Assembly: GCA_964016885.1 (NCBI GenBank)
Contig: OZ024745.1
Coordinates: forward strand, 63,798,001 to 63,862,000
Direction: 5' to 3'
DNA length: 64,000 nt
Origin: Eledone cirrhosa
Lineage: Eukaryota
Position 1 is the first letter of the stretch; each line of letters starts with the position of its first letter. Of the stretch, positions 12,098 to 26,081 are shown in pieces. The notes under the pieces are model-generated. The model did no database searches. It had not been told where the DNA came from and was given only the letters and a program-made list of their open reading frames with translations. A program made the position numbers and the translations under genes.

Positions 12098-15000
12098 TTA
12101 GTCCGTTTGAGCACACATGGCCTCTTGGCGTAAACCCTCTTGGTAGACAATGTTCTTTGTTTTCCCTCGTGGAGTGCACGCGAAAAGACTTCCTTTGCTC
12201 CTCACTCTGGAGCAGCCTACGTATAGTTGACCGTGTGATAAGCATGATTCTACCAAGTGAAGTCCTGCCACCGAAAGTGTCTGCCCCTGGAACTTGTTGA
12301 TAGACATGGCAAAACTTATGCGAAGCGGAAATTGAAGGCGTCTGAAGCTAAACGGAATTTCTGCACCTGATAGAATGAGTGGTATTCTGGGAACGAACAC
12401 ATCATCTCCTTTTCCACACCCTGAAATAATGGTGGCTTCACCGACGTGCTGCATTACCTTCTTTACAACCAGACGTGCGCCGTTGCAAAGTTTTGGAGGG
12501 TCCAAATTCCTAAGAAGCATTATTGGCGCTCCAAATTTTAGTCATAACCAATTCACGTCTTGTTAGTTATCAGGAATACTGGGAAACACTTGAGCCCTGA
12601 GGTCCTCGACTGTGTTGACAGTGGTACAAATCGGATTGAGTGACAATTCACCATCTCCATCGAGGGTGATACCATCGCCAAGTGATAAAATATCCAAAGC
12701 AAACTCTGCTGCCAGTTGTTCGCCGTGCAGTTGGGCTCTCATGTTAGTTGTCAGGGTCAACGTTGTTACCTTTTGCCACAACGGAGAGGACTTGAGGCAC
12801 GCCTGGACTTCATCTGCCCTGGTTCTATTTGGAGTGACGGGAAGGGTCTGTCGGAAGTCCCCGGATAGGAGAATGGTGACGCCTCCCATCGAAGTCTGGT
12901 AGTCTCTGATGTCTTGCAAAGTAGTGTCTAGTGTTTCCAGAGCTCGTTGATGGGCCATGGCCATGGTACATTCATCCCACACTATGAGCTGACACGTTTG
13001 GAGAACCAGTCCCTTGTCCGAAGTTTTGCTAATGTTGCAGGACGGTGTTTCGGATGTTGCCAAGTTCGGGGGGAGCCGAAAAAGCTGAGTGCGCTGTCTT
13101 ACCGCCGGGTAACAAAGTTGCAGCAATACCAGAGGATGCCACAGCTAACGCGATGTACTTGTGCTGCCTCACTTTGTCTAGAAGAAGCTTAGTTACAAAC
13201 GTTTTTTCTGTCTCTCCAGGTGCAACTAGGAAGAAGATTCCCCCTTTCCGGTTTCGCACATGGTCGAAAATAGTGTTGTAGGCCCGCTGCTCTCCCGGAA
13301 GGAGTTTTGGTTCTGTTTCACGGACGTATTAGGAAAGAACGTCAATATCATAGGCTGTTTCGGGAATGAGCTCTGTCGGAAGGTTATCCATCTCTGTCCG
13401 TACTGGTTGCGGCAGCCCGTACGTTGGCAAAGTATTCCCACCCAGTGAAACAGTCCTGTTTTCCACGTCAATCAAAGCACAGTTGTAGACGTCGTCACTG
13501 GCAGCATCAAGGCTAGGATACCGCAATTGTGCTTGGTGGTAAAAGTCTTCCGCCAGGTCATCTCTATACTTCAACCACAGAGAGACGGGATCTGAGACTT
13601 CGCAAATGTGCAGGAGCACTGCAAAGATAGCCCTGAGACTTTTCGGCGACTGTGAAACGGCAGCCTCCGCGAGCATAGCATCCCACTGTGCGCAGTCTTC
13701 TAACAGTCCATGTCTTAAGTAGGCCTCTCTGAGTGAGTGTAGGTTAAATCCACGCCCGAATGGACCATGAACCATGTTTGCCCGCACTATGTCAAAGAGG
13801 TTTTTGTCAACAGAGGGATTCGGGAGTTCTGCAGACATAAACCTGTCAATGTTGATGGAGTTAATCTTTGTTGACATCCAAATAACAATATGGGCATGTG
13901 GCAGACCCCTTTTTTTCCACTCAACTGTGTACATATCGCATTTTACAGGCCCAAATACCTGTCCTTTCTTGATAAGGTCCATGAGTTTCTGTAACTTCAG
14001 TCGGAAGACCCTGGCTAGAAGGTCATGCCTGTCTTTGACCTTCTGGCCTTGGAAGAGTTCAGCTTCGATCTCCTTCCACTTGGGGTTTCAGGTAAAGGTA
14101 ATGAATAAGTCGGGCCGACCGTAATGACGCACATATGTCTTGGCGTCTTGCGTCCTCTCATGCATATACCGCGGACCCCCGGTGAAGGTGGAAGGCAAAA
14201 TGCACACCTGGCCTAAGCCTCCCGGAGCAACGTCATTGTTGATACCATCTCGAAGGTGAGTGTAACTCTCTGAACGCAGCTTTTGTTGGTTGTACCTGAT
14301 ATAGCGCAGCCTCTCGGACTCCATTTTGGCGCACATGTCGACTACAAATTGATAGAATAGCTCGCGTGAACTGTGGAGATGATTCAGACAGTTGCTTCGG
14401 GTCATGAAGCAGTATGCGTAGAACTCCATGCAGGAAACTTGTTTGTTGCTACTCTCGTCTGGTCTGTGAGGATTACGCTGGTGAATGCCCAAATGGTAAC
14501 CGTCTTCTCCATTCACGAAGAGCAAGGTGTATTGTAGCGCGTCATAGGATCTGTGGGTTTCGCTGATTCGCTTAAGAGTGTTGTCGCGACACGTGAGAAC
14601 GATGTCCCTTGGATTTTTCTGCTCACCTTCAAGCACAATGGCGATTTCGTTGCATGTAGGCGGATTATAGCGGCCAGCATGCTCTCCAGATGGCCGTTTG
14701 TCAGCATTAATGACAACATTAAAATTGGGGATTGATGCTGTTTCTAACGCATACTTAAAATTCTGCACATAACTGTTTTTTTAATGTAACATCTCTTGGA
14801 GAAATTAGTGCCGGGTGATATACTGTTTCGTATTCTCGCTTGCTCTTGGTAGCTGCCAACGAAGTACAGTTGAAGAAACTCAGACTCTTAGTTCACAACA
14901 CACTGCCAAATATTTCTACGCTGGGCGATACTCTCCAGGTGATCCCGTCAGGCGTCGGAGGTCTCAGAAGCTCGGGCGGCAGCAGTTGGTGCAGCATTTT

Positions 15001-15450
15001 CTGCCTGACACAGAGCACGCTGTTCTGCACTCTCAGCAGCACGGGTGACAGCAGTTGACGCAGCATTTTCTGTTTGAGGTAGGGCACGCTCTTCTGCACT
15101 CTCAGCAGCTCGAGGGGCAGCAGTTGACGCAGCATTTTTTCTTAGATGCAGGTAACCCTGTTCTGCAGTCTCAGCAGCTCGGGCAGTGGCTTTTAATGCA
15201 GCTTTTCGTGCTTTTCGCAGGACACACTGGTCGTCATTCTCAGCAGATCGGGCGACGGTTTCTGATAAATCATTTGTTGCCGATCTAAGTCACGCTGTGC
15301 GTCACACTAAGCAGTTCGAGCATTGGGTGTTTATGCATCGTTTTGCAATTGGCTAATAGCTGCTTCTGAGGACTGTTCATTTGCTCTCCTTCATTTGCAG
15401 TTTTTTTGAAAAGGGCGTTTTTCTTCCGAAGCAAACTCTCTTCTTTGGGG
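12098..15450 (-). pseudogene. Helitron RepHel (HUH Rep + PIF1-type SF1B helicase), frameshifted with an internal deletion
   Basis: Rep motifs GRPDLFITFT and VEWKKRGLPHAH. Helicase motifs APGETEKT, VASSGIAATLL, IVWDECTM, GDFRQTLPV, RLQFPLRISFAMSINKFQGQT and HGQLYVGCSRV. ~57-bp N-terminal repeats at 14980-15250. The sequence jumps at ~13740, removing the catalytic Tyr region. Confidence 0.9.
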
Positions 15451-16124
15451 TCATAGCCTAGGATATATTAAACAACAACGTATAACTTGTGGATGCAGAA
15501 AACCAGGTGCAAGGGTGTGGGGGGTGGGGTTAGTAAGTTTAAGTATCTGCTCATGCTTAGGTTAGTTGATGTAGAAGAGGTTAATAGTTTTCAGTCTAAA
15601 ACTCACTTGGGTAATAGGTTAGTTGTGACCAATTGTCGAATCACCGTAAGTGTATGCATCATTCTTTAAACCTATGCCCTTCTACAGTGCCTCAACAACT
15701 ACAATTGTCGACTTAACTTAAGACAGTTTGCCTTAACACTATCCCGCCCCTTTGCACTGTATTGTCTGTACCAAGATAAAATAGAAATTACCGATTAACG
15801 CCAGCGTATGTGATTTTTAACATAGATGTGGGGATATTTTTTGGCGGGAGCTTTCTAAAAAGATCCATTATTTCTATCTATGTACGTAATGGGGGCATAT
15901 GGCTTGGTACTAACAGCAATAATAATGTGTGCAACGGGGGTAAGTGATTATGTCTCAGGAAGTATTGTAAAAAAATATTAAAGCAACTGGGGTAAGTGGG
16001 AATGTCTCAGGATTGTTAGCCAAAAAATTAGTAAATGACACTTACTGATTCAAAAATAAGCCGACCGTCGGAAAGGTATTCTCAAGCGCAATTGTTAACC
16101 TAGGCTAGCTTGGCTCGCTTATAT

Positions 16125-16322
16125 TATATATTAAAATAACAGATTAAAGTTTAAGCAAAGAATCGCTGCTTTCACCCTTAACGGGATCTTCTGAAACTAG
16201 AAAAATCAATCTGTGGACGCAGAAGTAAATATTTCGAAAAACGTTGCAACCGAAGGAAAACAGGAAGACGATACTTTGCTTCGTGAAGACGTTCCCTGGT
16301 AATGAACGGAAAATAGCGAATA
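16125..16322 (-). mobile_element. Fragment of the 31-32 kb HHR family nested in the Helitron 5' region; HHR-like fold at 16148-16198
   Basis: Matches 31701-31870 with some substitutions and sits on a short TA run. Confidence 0.75.
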
Positions 16323-16576
16323 TAAAACATCATCAATGTTTTTCAGAATGTTGTAATGCAGACAGTCAGACATACAGACAGATATTATAAGGGCTCGATG
16401 GAGCTCGATAACCGGCGCCTAACACCCCTTTAACAACAGAAAATTGAAAAATAAAAGCTGCGGTTAATATCTTTAGACCGCAAGGAATATATAAATGCAA
16501 GTAGAGATGTGGATTTGTATAGACTTTGCAAAAATGAGGACACACACACAGACAACTACAGTTTTATATATATATA

Positions 16577-16755
16577 TAACAAAGAAGGTCTGGTAAGATA
16601 CCAGGTGGACCATAACGCACCAGAATACTCAATACTTAGGGTAGTAGCGTGGGTAATAGTAAACGAGTCAGGACCCTGACGTCTGAGCTCCGGCCGTTCG
16701 AATCTAGATGTTGAAACGGCCGGAGCTCACCCGTCGGGGTCCTGACTCGTTTCCT
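16577..16755. mobile_element. Short inverted retro-insert (family also at 24041, 24380 and 61441)
   Basis: Shared GGACCATAACGCACCAGA.TACTCAATACTTAGGGTAGTAG body. Hairpin at 16661-16753. Confidence 0.7.
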
Positions 16756-16770
16756 CCCTCTCTCTCTCTC

Positions 16771-16898
<128 letters not shown>

Positions 16899-17179
16899 TG
16901 CGCGCGTGCGTGTGTGTGTGTTAGTGTGTGTTTGCCGGTAGCAGTGTTTAGTTGATACTCGTCACAAAACCTGTGCTTTTAACGCTGTGTCCCTTCTGGG
17001 CATGTAATTTCGTGCTTCGAAGAATAGAAATCGATAAAATAATTGCTATGATCGACGAAAATACTTGAATGCAATACTCAGGTATGTCCGTAGTCAAATC
17101 ATTGTAATAAACGGAAGAGTAAAAACCCGTATATCCGTATTCCTTTACGTATGTATATAAGCAGGTATGTATATATGTA

Positions 17180-17227
<48 letters not shown>

Positions 17228-20099
17228 TGTAAGATAGCATGGATATATGTGCATATGTGAGACCAAGCATGCATATGTGTGCGTTTATCTGAGTAGAAAC
17301 TTCCATTGCATATTGGTAATCGAGACAATAGTTTCACTTTAAATTCGGTAAAATAAATTTTAATTTTTATTGGAACAATCGACATATTATTGTTTTGTTA
17401 TTTAAAAAACACTCAGTTGACCAACATTCCCTAGCTTTTGTTTCCTATTTGGATGAAGGGGGCGACATCGATATTATGAAAAATATCACAACACGGACTC
17501 CAGCATAAAGATAACTACATTTCTTTTCATGACTGAAACAGAAGTGAAAAAATGGTTTTATGTTGCGAAGCATGCACGTAACAGATATGGTTTAAATAAA
17601 TAGCATTAATGTTTGAACTGTAGTTAAGTAACTGCACAGCGCTGCTGATAACTTGCAATTAAGTACAAACTGTCACATCGTGGGATCTTCAGCGAAGCAA
17701 CCAGCACTCCAAGCTTGTTTAGTGGGGAGAGTGATTTTTGAAAACCCTGCACAATGAGAAATAAACCCGTCAAAGGGTGGACAAACTCAAGAGAATCTAT
17801 GGCCATCTAATAGTGTGCAAAGCAAAACGGGTCGTCATAGTACGTTAGCCGTGGTTGTTAGTCTGTCTATGAAACGAGTCACGCTGATTTCAAAACCGGT
17901 TGAATATGGGACTCCTCAGTAATCTTGGTGATAACTTTTCAAATGGCCAATGGTTTTATCCTTGGGATAAAGGTGAATTAGCTGCGGCTTGGTAGTTAGC
18001 TTTCACGTAATGGTCCGAAGAAGATTCGAGCCCTACAGACGTCACTTTTTCATGGTACTATACACTTTCATAGGACCTCTTCTTTAATCTGATCTGATAG
18101 ATATATGATCAAGGTCGTTCGAATCGAAACTGTATGTGTTCGGGGGTATTTAGGAATGTATTCACTAATGTCTTCTTTACTTTCTAACTCTATGGGGATT
18201 TGAGGGATATTTGATTGATATTTCTATTTCCATGTTTAACGGGCCACGTAACCATGTAGAGGCTCACTCGGTATTTTAGATATTATGGTGGTTGAACAAC
18301 GAGCAAATTTATGATTAACATCATTCCAGCTGTAGCGATGCTCTCTGTTTCACCATTTCCACGGATCACAGGACATTTTCCGGTGTGCTAATTTGTAAGA
18401 TGGTAAAATATGATTTGAGAGGAATTTGGTTGTTATTTCTCACGTGTCATGGGAACTCGTTAGCTCTACTAGAGTGTAAATTGAAGGAGTTGGTGAAATC
18501 AGTAGTAACACCATCAAAAGGAGTCAACTATAAAATTGACAGATGGTATTAACTGTAGATAAAGAAAAAAGGAAATGTATTTCAACTGCGTAAATCGTAG
18601 ATTGAAATTAATTACATTTGAAATAAATATAATAAAGTATTAAGTTATCGTCTCTCATTCCATTCCTTTCCCAGCCTATGCCTCTGTTCCCCATAATCTA
18701 TATACATCTGGGCATACGTTTTCCTGCCTCTGTAATTGTTGATTAATGAGGTCAGTGAAACAGATGTCATGTGTGTGCAACTAAATGGTGTAGAGTTGCT
18801 CTTGACATCTTCCGAGCTTAGCAGCAGGAATCGTATTTTCAGCAAGTGTATCTATCAAACAGGGTCCTTTGTTTAAGAAGTGCGATTCGCAACCGCGTAG
18901 TCACGGTTACCACTCTAAAACAGCAAAAGCAAATAATCTTTTGCATACCATCAGTTTGTCTAATGGCTTCAGATGACTTTGGCGGGCGGCAACTCTCTGG
19001 ACCCCCCCCCCTCCTCATATATATATATATGTATGTATATATACATATATAACTATAAATATATATACAAATGTATGCGTATATAACTACCTACCTGCCT
19101 ACTTATCTACATACAAACCTACATTCATACATACATTTGTGTGTGTGTGTGTATATATATATATATGTGTGTGTGTGTATATATATCATAGGATTATTTT
19201 ACTTTTATATTTAGCCGTCTTCTGTATTTTGTTTTTTTTTCTTGCCTTAATATTTGTTTGAAATATGAAGCATTGTCTTGTCATTTCCTCTGATTCAGCC
19301 ATAGATAATCTAAAATACGTCTTATGGATTTAAAAGTAGTAACGACCTCCTAGCCAGCAACTATTAAAGTGATTTCTTTCTGATTTCAGCTCTGATTTCT
19401 ATTTAACTTAGCTAACCCTTAAAAGGAACTTCACATCTGCCTGTTGCACATTAATCGTTAGTTCTGTTTCAACTATATTTATTTAAGGAAAACCTGTGTC
19501 ATATTAATGTTTCAAATTAGCATTCAATATATAGAAGCGTCAGCTAAAAGTTTTCAGGCTAGTTTTCGTATTCTTTCTGTTTTGTTTTAGCCGATTTAAT
19601 AAAAAATAATGAATTTATTTATAATTGTTTCAATCACTTTTTTTATCAGCATATACGTTCATATTATGAGAACAGCTGGATTTGCTTCTTTCATTTTGAT
19701 ATATCAAATTTCTTTGTTTAAAATTATAATTTGAATTATGAGCAAATCATTAATTTAAAACATTATCCTACAAAATTTCTTTAATGGAAAATATTTCATC
19801 TTTAAATGTTTAAATAGTTTCTTGTCGATAGCATTGTTTTAATAGAAACAATTTAACAGATAAGAAGAGTAATAGGTTTTCAACTTGCTGAATTTACAAC
19901 CAGACTTTTCATGAGTTGTGCAAAACAAAAAACATACAATAACAAATTTCATATATGTAACAAGTTATAACACAAACCCTCGTATTCACCATTTATACAT
20001 AATATTTTCCCTTGCTAAAGATTTTTACTTGCTTAATCTGTTGCTTTCTAAGTATATTATCTTCGAAACGATAGCTTAAAATGAAACTATACTCTATAA

Positions 20100-22501
20100 C
20101 AGGGGTCCCCAACCTTTTTGGTCCGTGGGCCGGATAGCCATGCAGCGGTAGATCCGCGGGCCGGATACGCAATTAATACTACTTATATACAAATAAGTAA
20201 TCCTTTATTTATCCCTTATGTTAGATTTAAAACAAAATTCAATATTGATGTCCCAAGCAGAAAAATACATTTAAACATTGTTTTATTCGGCAATATCGAT
20301 AGATCGGGTGCGAATTTATTGCAAACTACTCTTTTTATGTACCACGAAATAATAAATTGAATAACTCAAAACACCAATCCTCCGGAATAATGAAAGCCAT
20401 TAAAGAAAATAAAGTTTTAATGAGAAATCTGTTTCTGTTTATCATTTGACAATTTTTCAATATCAGGTGAAATCGTTGTCGATGACAGAAGCAAGACATC
20501 ATCCAAATGATCGTCCCGTAATCTTGTTCTCAATCGATTTTTCGTGAACTTCATCTTCGAAAATAGTTGTTCGCAGGAATAGGTACTTCCAACTAATGAA
20601 GCCATCATTTTTTGCATTATACGGGAGGCTTGGATACTTTCCAGTTGGAAGAAGATACTTCTAGTGGAATTCAGTGATACTCTCAGATTGAAATTTTGAC
20701 TTTAAGAGATGATTACACTGTAAGTCTATGAAGTCTAACTGATATTTTTCCTCGACTATTTCTGCATCTGTTTCAAAGGGTAAACCAAATAGTTTCAATT
20801 GCGTTTCATGCTGTCGGAAGTCGGCAAATCGGGAAGAAAACTCATTTCTTAAAACTTGAATGGCCTTCACAAAAATACCTTGAGTAATGTCGTCTGTACG
20901 ATTTTGGAGATTCGGAAAATGACGGAAATTACCTTTCTGTAACTACAAGTCCCACAATTGAAGTTTACGTTCAAATGCTGTGACGTGGCGGAACTTATCA
21001 TAAATTAACTTATTTTGCCCTTGAAGTTCAAAATTCAATGAATTCAAGTAATTTGTCACGTCGACCAAAAACGCTAGTTTAGCCATCCACTTTGGATCAG
21101 TAAAGTGTCTTGTATCTTGTCCTTTTATCTCCAAAAATTGGACAATTTCTTCCCGCAACACGTAAACTATCTGCAGAATTTTGCTACGGCTGAGCCATCG
21201 GACGTTTTAGAAATAAGTTAAATCACCATATTCTGCTTCAACCTGCTTGAGGAACTCCTGAAATTGGCGATGTTTAAGCCCTCTTGAAAGGATGAAATTA
21301 ACTATTTTCACAACTTCTGTCATAATATCTTTGAACTCCAATGACTTTGCACAAAGTGCGTCCTGGTGGATAATGCCATGGAGTCTGGTTAATTGGCGAT
21401 GGTGTCCAATGTGCTATTGAAGTAGCGTAACGAACCCCTTTTGGTCCCCAATCATCGCTGGTGCTCCATCGGTGGTTACGCCAATGAGTTTTGATAAATC
21501 AATATTATTCTTTCTTGTCCATTGTATAATTTTCATGAAAGTATCGGCGCCTGTAGTCGTGTCCTTCGGGGGAATTAATTGTGCGAATTCTTCAACGATA
21601 TCAAACGTTGGTGTAACACCCCTTACAAATACAGCTAACTGAGAGGTATCAGTAATATCGGTTGTTTCGTCAATGGTCATTGTGAAGTACTCAAGTTTGT
21701 TCAACATATCCCCATATTACGGTTGTAGCTGATAAGCTGATGGAAGAAAAGAGATAGATTTTTTCTGGACAGACAGTATGAACAACTTTCAACATGCACT
21801 CTTTAATAAAATCAGAAAATGGTTTCATTCTCTCTGCTTGGGCAGTCCTGCCTGTTTCTTTAACCTTCTTAGTAAAAAACGATGTTTGTTTTGTGAAACA
21901 GCTTTTCAGACGTTCAACTTCCTCTTCTCGGGCCGCACCAATTAAATTGTTATAATGATCATGACGAGTTTCATAATACCCCTTGATATTGGAAACTTTC
22001 TTCATGGCAACAGTTTCATGACAAATCAAACAAATACATTTGCTTTGGTGCTCTATGAATAAGTAGGCAAATGTCCATTCTTGATTAAAATTTTGGCACT
22101 CAAAATCCACTTTTTTGTTATAAGTCAAGAGATCCTGGAAAAGAAGGCAAAATGTATGAAAAAGAATGATGGTGATCGTCAAACACAAGTGAAAAGTGAT
22201 TGTAGACAAAGCCTGCGCATGCGCTGTAGATGTTTTATTTTACCAAAAATAAGATGCCGTACACCTGCGCAGCTGTGTTGTGACATACGCAAACAATAGG
22301 GTCAACATCATTGGCGTTCACGCATGTGCGTCTCGTAAAAATAGACGGATAGGTAATGCGAAATACTGCTGAATTCTGGAGTGTGATTTGAGATAAATGA
22401 AATCTTGAAATTTACGAATTCCCGTAGAACATTCGCAGGGGCCGGATTGAAACCCTTTGCGGGCCGGATGTGACCCGTGGGCCGGTGGTTGGGGACCCCA
22501 G
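20100..22501 (-). mobile_element. hAT DNA transposon (Buster/Charlie/SPIN-like), near full length, decayed
   Basis: TIR CAGGGGTCCCCAACC at 20100 and GGTTGGGGACCCCAG ending 22501. Imperfect 8-bp TSD ctcTAtaa / ctcTAtgg. Confidence 0.92.
20417..22134 (-). pseudogene. hAT transposase (BED-like CxxC, DDE, dimerisation domain), multiple frameshifts
   Basis: CLICHET, IDETTDITDTSQLAVFVR, VTTDGAPAMIG, WMAKLAFLVDVT and GSTYSCEQLFSKM. A pyrimidine-rich acceptor ttttccag| precedes 22134. Confidence 0.9.
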
Positions 22502-23097
22502 CTCTATGGAGTAAGATGTAGAGAGAAAGTGTCAAATTGTTCATGTATGAAAACTATTTACTGATAGATATAGTAATATCAAAATACATAAATAGAAATA
22601 TAAGTAATGACATAAAACACACAAAAATAACATTAATATAAAGCATCAACATGAATAAGTCGAGGAAATTCTAGCGCTACTTTAAGCCAATGAAGTATTA
22701 AGGAAATTAATAAATACATAAATACGCAGAGATTTACACCAAATTATTTCACATATTTAAACCTACGTTGTATTGTTTATGTCATATCAGTAGCAATTAT
22801 ATCGCAGGTGTTATGACTGTGAGGTTGATTTTATCAAATGAATTTTATCAAATGAATTTTATAACCCTATCATATCAGATTTCATAGTGTTTGCAGCTTT
22901 AAAAAACCCTAATTGTAAACGCAAGAGATTTATGTTGTAAATTATATGGTATCAACTGGTCATAGTTAGTTGAAGGTAAGTTTTAAGTAAAACAACATAA
23001 TGTTTTTTTCTATAGAGACGTCATTGGCTTTTCATTATTCCAAATAATTTCCGTTTTAACAATTCACTCAAAATACATGTTTATATTTATCTGGTAT

Positions 23098-23138
<41 letters not shown>

Positions 23139-23139
<1 letters not shown>

Positions 23140-23300
23140 CAGTTCGACTCCTGGACCGGGCCATACGTTATGTCCTTGAGCAAGACACTTTATTTCACGT
23201 TGCTCATTCTACCTAGAGTTGCGACCGATAGATAGTATTAGCAATTGGAAAGACCAACGGAAACATTGTTTCCTCGGTCCGATTTGACGAAAGTCGATCG
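23139..23300 (+). mobile_element. SINE fragment (family also at 32452-32583 and 46873-47000)
   Basis: Box B-like GTTCGACTCC, then TGTCCTTGAGCAAGACACTTTATTTCAC and a shared tail GGAAAGACCAACGGAAACATTG. Confidence 0.7.
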
Positions 23301-23339
23301 ATATATGTGAGAGAGAGTATAGTAGTAGTAGTAGTAGTA

Positions 23340-23412
<73 letters not shown>

Positions 23413-23493
23413 CAGCAGCAGCAGCAGCGAACTGACAATGACCCAAAGATCTAAACATGTCAAAAACGTTTCCTAAATATACTCTTCATTGAG

Positions 23494-23612
<119 letters not shown>

Positions 23613-23979
23613 TGTAATATATATATAAGCTATATATATATATATATATATATATGCATGTATATGTAATATATAATATATCGGCAATTAAAACGTTCGT
23701 TTTAATTGTTTATTAATTGTTATTAACGAGTTATTACTTCAAACATATATTCGTGATAATATATTTGTATAATTGGTATAAACATCATCCTGCAAATGAC
23801 ATCCGGTAAAGGATAACTAGCAATAATATGATTCAAGTCATAATTGAATATCAGCTGCAAAACGCATTTCTAGGACTTCCGAAATGCTTCAAGGTTGGTA
23901 TATATAATTTCTATGGAGATGTTCAAGCTCGATAATATATCTACTTAAACATATGATTTTGTTTTCTCTATATATAATG

Positions 23980-24040
<61 letters not shown>

Positions 24041-24043
<3 letters not shown>

Positions 24044-24261
24044 AAAAAGTATGACCCCGACGGCAGAGCTCAAGGCGTTTCGTCGGCTATTTCTGGACTA
24101 AATTAGAATTTTAAAATTCTAATTTAGTCCAGAAATAGCTGTCGAAACGGCTTGAGCTCTGCCGTCGGGGTCATACTTTTTCCTATTACCCACTCTACTA
24201 CCCTAAGTATTGAGTACTCTGGTGCGTCATGGTCCGCTGGTTTCTTACCAGATTTCCTTCG

Positions 24262-24265
<4 letters not shown>
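24041..24265 (+). mobile_element. Short retro-insert in (TA)n with a ~70-bp-arm 5' palindrome; carries the 3' half of an HHR
   Basis: Palindrome 24041-24183. GAAA-cggc ttgagctct gccg-TC at 24144-24166. Confidence 0.7.
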
Positions 24266-24349
<84 letters not shown>

Positions 24350-24379
24350 AGTATAGCGATATTAATAATTTCACTATAT

Positions 24380-24535
24380 ATATAACGAAGAAGGTGGAGT
24401 AAGGAACCAGATGGACCACAACGCACCAGAGTACTCAATACTTAGGGTAGTAGAGTGAGTAATAGGAACATGTTTAGTCCAGAAATAGCCGTCGAAACGG
24501 CTTGAACTCTGCCGTCGGAGTTAAACATTTTCATA
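24380..24535. mobile_element. Same family, inversion without overlap (twin-priming pattern)
   Basis: 24380-24469 is the inverted 3' part and 24472-24533 is the adjacent upstream part in sense. TA lies on both sides. Confidence 0.7.
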
Positions 24536-25220
24536 TATATATATTTTCATTTTCATATATATATAATTTCAGCGAGATCGTATTTCGGCGGTGGCCAAAA
24601 CAAAACGAAACGCAATCTTCGAGATATGCCAACAAGCGCTCAATAGACATAGAAGAAACCAGAGCAATTAACAGGTGTTATAAAATCCAGATAAAATGAA
24701 AACAGGGGTTGTGAAGTCAACAGCCACGGTAGCCGAAAAAAGAATCAAGCTAAACAAGTTAACAAATAATTACCTGGGCCTTCCCGGGAGGTGTTGGTAA
24801 AATCCAGTGGGAGGTTTCTGTGACTTCTATTTCAAGTATACTCTCTGCTTTCGTTGTAAGCTTTTGGTATAAAGATCGAACAAGGTAGCCATTTCGTCAA
24901 CATATTTTCTGTTCTCAGCCGCCTACCGGCTTCCAATGAAGTAGCAGTGAAGTGACTACTCCACGTGGTGACCCTGCGAGGGAGGTAACTCGGGTTTTTG
25001 GCGGGGGCATACGAATTGTGTAAATGAATTGCAAAAAATTGCACAAATCGAAATAAGTTCTCGACTGGCTTGTTTTTATATAAACTTAAGCAATTAACAA
25101 GTCAATAGAATTGTCGAACTGATTTAACTAATTAATTGCTAGGCCCGGGAGATTAATACAAATATAATTGCAACGAGATATATATATCAAAGGTATCAAA
25201 GTTATATATATAAACATATG

Positions 25221-25257
<37 letters not shown>

Positions 25258-25285
25258 TTTTGCTATTACTTATACATACATGTAC

Positions 25286-25335
<50 letters not shown>

Positions 25336-25337
<2 letters not shown>

Positions 25338-25942
25338 TGGCTGCCAACTCGTTTTCGAGTACGGCCACTACTTTATATCCATGTAGGAGAACCCCTACTG
25401 ATGCGCTGAACGAGTGTGACTTTTTAGTCCAGCCAGCGACTTGAAAGCTCTGGTACAAACACTACACTTGTGACAATTATTGACACATAGTGCTGGGCCC
25501 ATGGTACCATGTGACGACAAATGCAGAGAGATCTCCAGATATAAAGCAATGCCTGTGCCGTGAAGCTTTTATAGTGAGCAAAGGCACTGCACAAAGCCAG
25601 TCCCACTCTCTTAACCAAGATGATATTTACCAAAAAGAAGAACAAGTCAACATCATTGGATACCATCAGGGTTGCAGGTGTTATATCAGAGTTTTCCTTC
25701 TCCTAGAATTCTGCCTTGACAAAGGCTAAGGGGTCATCTCTCCCGGTGATTTTGGATGGCCATTGACTCTTAAGAGCTCCTTTGCCTTTTGACAGGTTTT
25801 GTTTTTAGTCCTGCAGGATGTCCAAAGTCACCCTCCTCACCAAGAAACCTTGGTGGGGTTGCCAGTTTAGTCGCCAACGACCCGACCATGGGACAGGTTG
25901 TACTGGAATACATGTTACCAGTAGCACCAACTGGTGACCTGA
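25336..25942 (-). mobile_element. ~610-bp non-autonomous retroelement, probably RTE-derived (5'UTR + 3' stem-loop)
   Basis: Near-identical copy at 43257-43866. Minus strand has GGCGACTAAAC and CTAGGAGAAGGAAAACTCTGA motifs, which I recall from RTE 5'UTRs, and a 3' hairpin CTCG-AAAA-CGAG before a microsatellite tail. Confidence 0.6.
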
Positions 25943-26043
25943 CATAAATATATATATATATATATATATATACACACGTACATGTATGTATGTATAAGTA
26001 ATAGCAACAATAACAAAACAAATGGCACATTAACAGGACGGAA

Positions 26044-26081
26044 GTCGTAACGTTTCGGACACTAGTCCTTCATCAGAAGAC
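26044..26081 (-). ncRNA. Minimal PLE-type hammerhead ribozyme
   Basis: gtctt-CTGATGA-A-ggac tagt gtcc-GAAA-CG-TT-acgac, with palindromic AACGTT stem III. Confidence 0.7.

Larger units (their letters stand above)
11067..16575 (-). mobile_element. Helitron (Rep/helicase), decayed
   Basis: Minus-strand 3' end CTAG|T at 11067-11070 with an upstream imperfect GC hairpin (11079-11094). The 5' end TATATATAAAAC merges into TA at ~16570. RepHel ORF fragments lie inside. Confidence 0.9.

Noticed and set aside
14893-15135. 80-aa repetitive ORF
   Set aside because: Off-frame reading of the Helitron N-terminal repeats
24832-25044. EAGRRLRT resembling a GIY-YIG segment
   Set aside because: Too short and decayed to support
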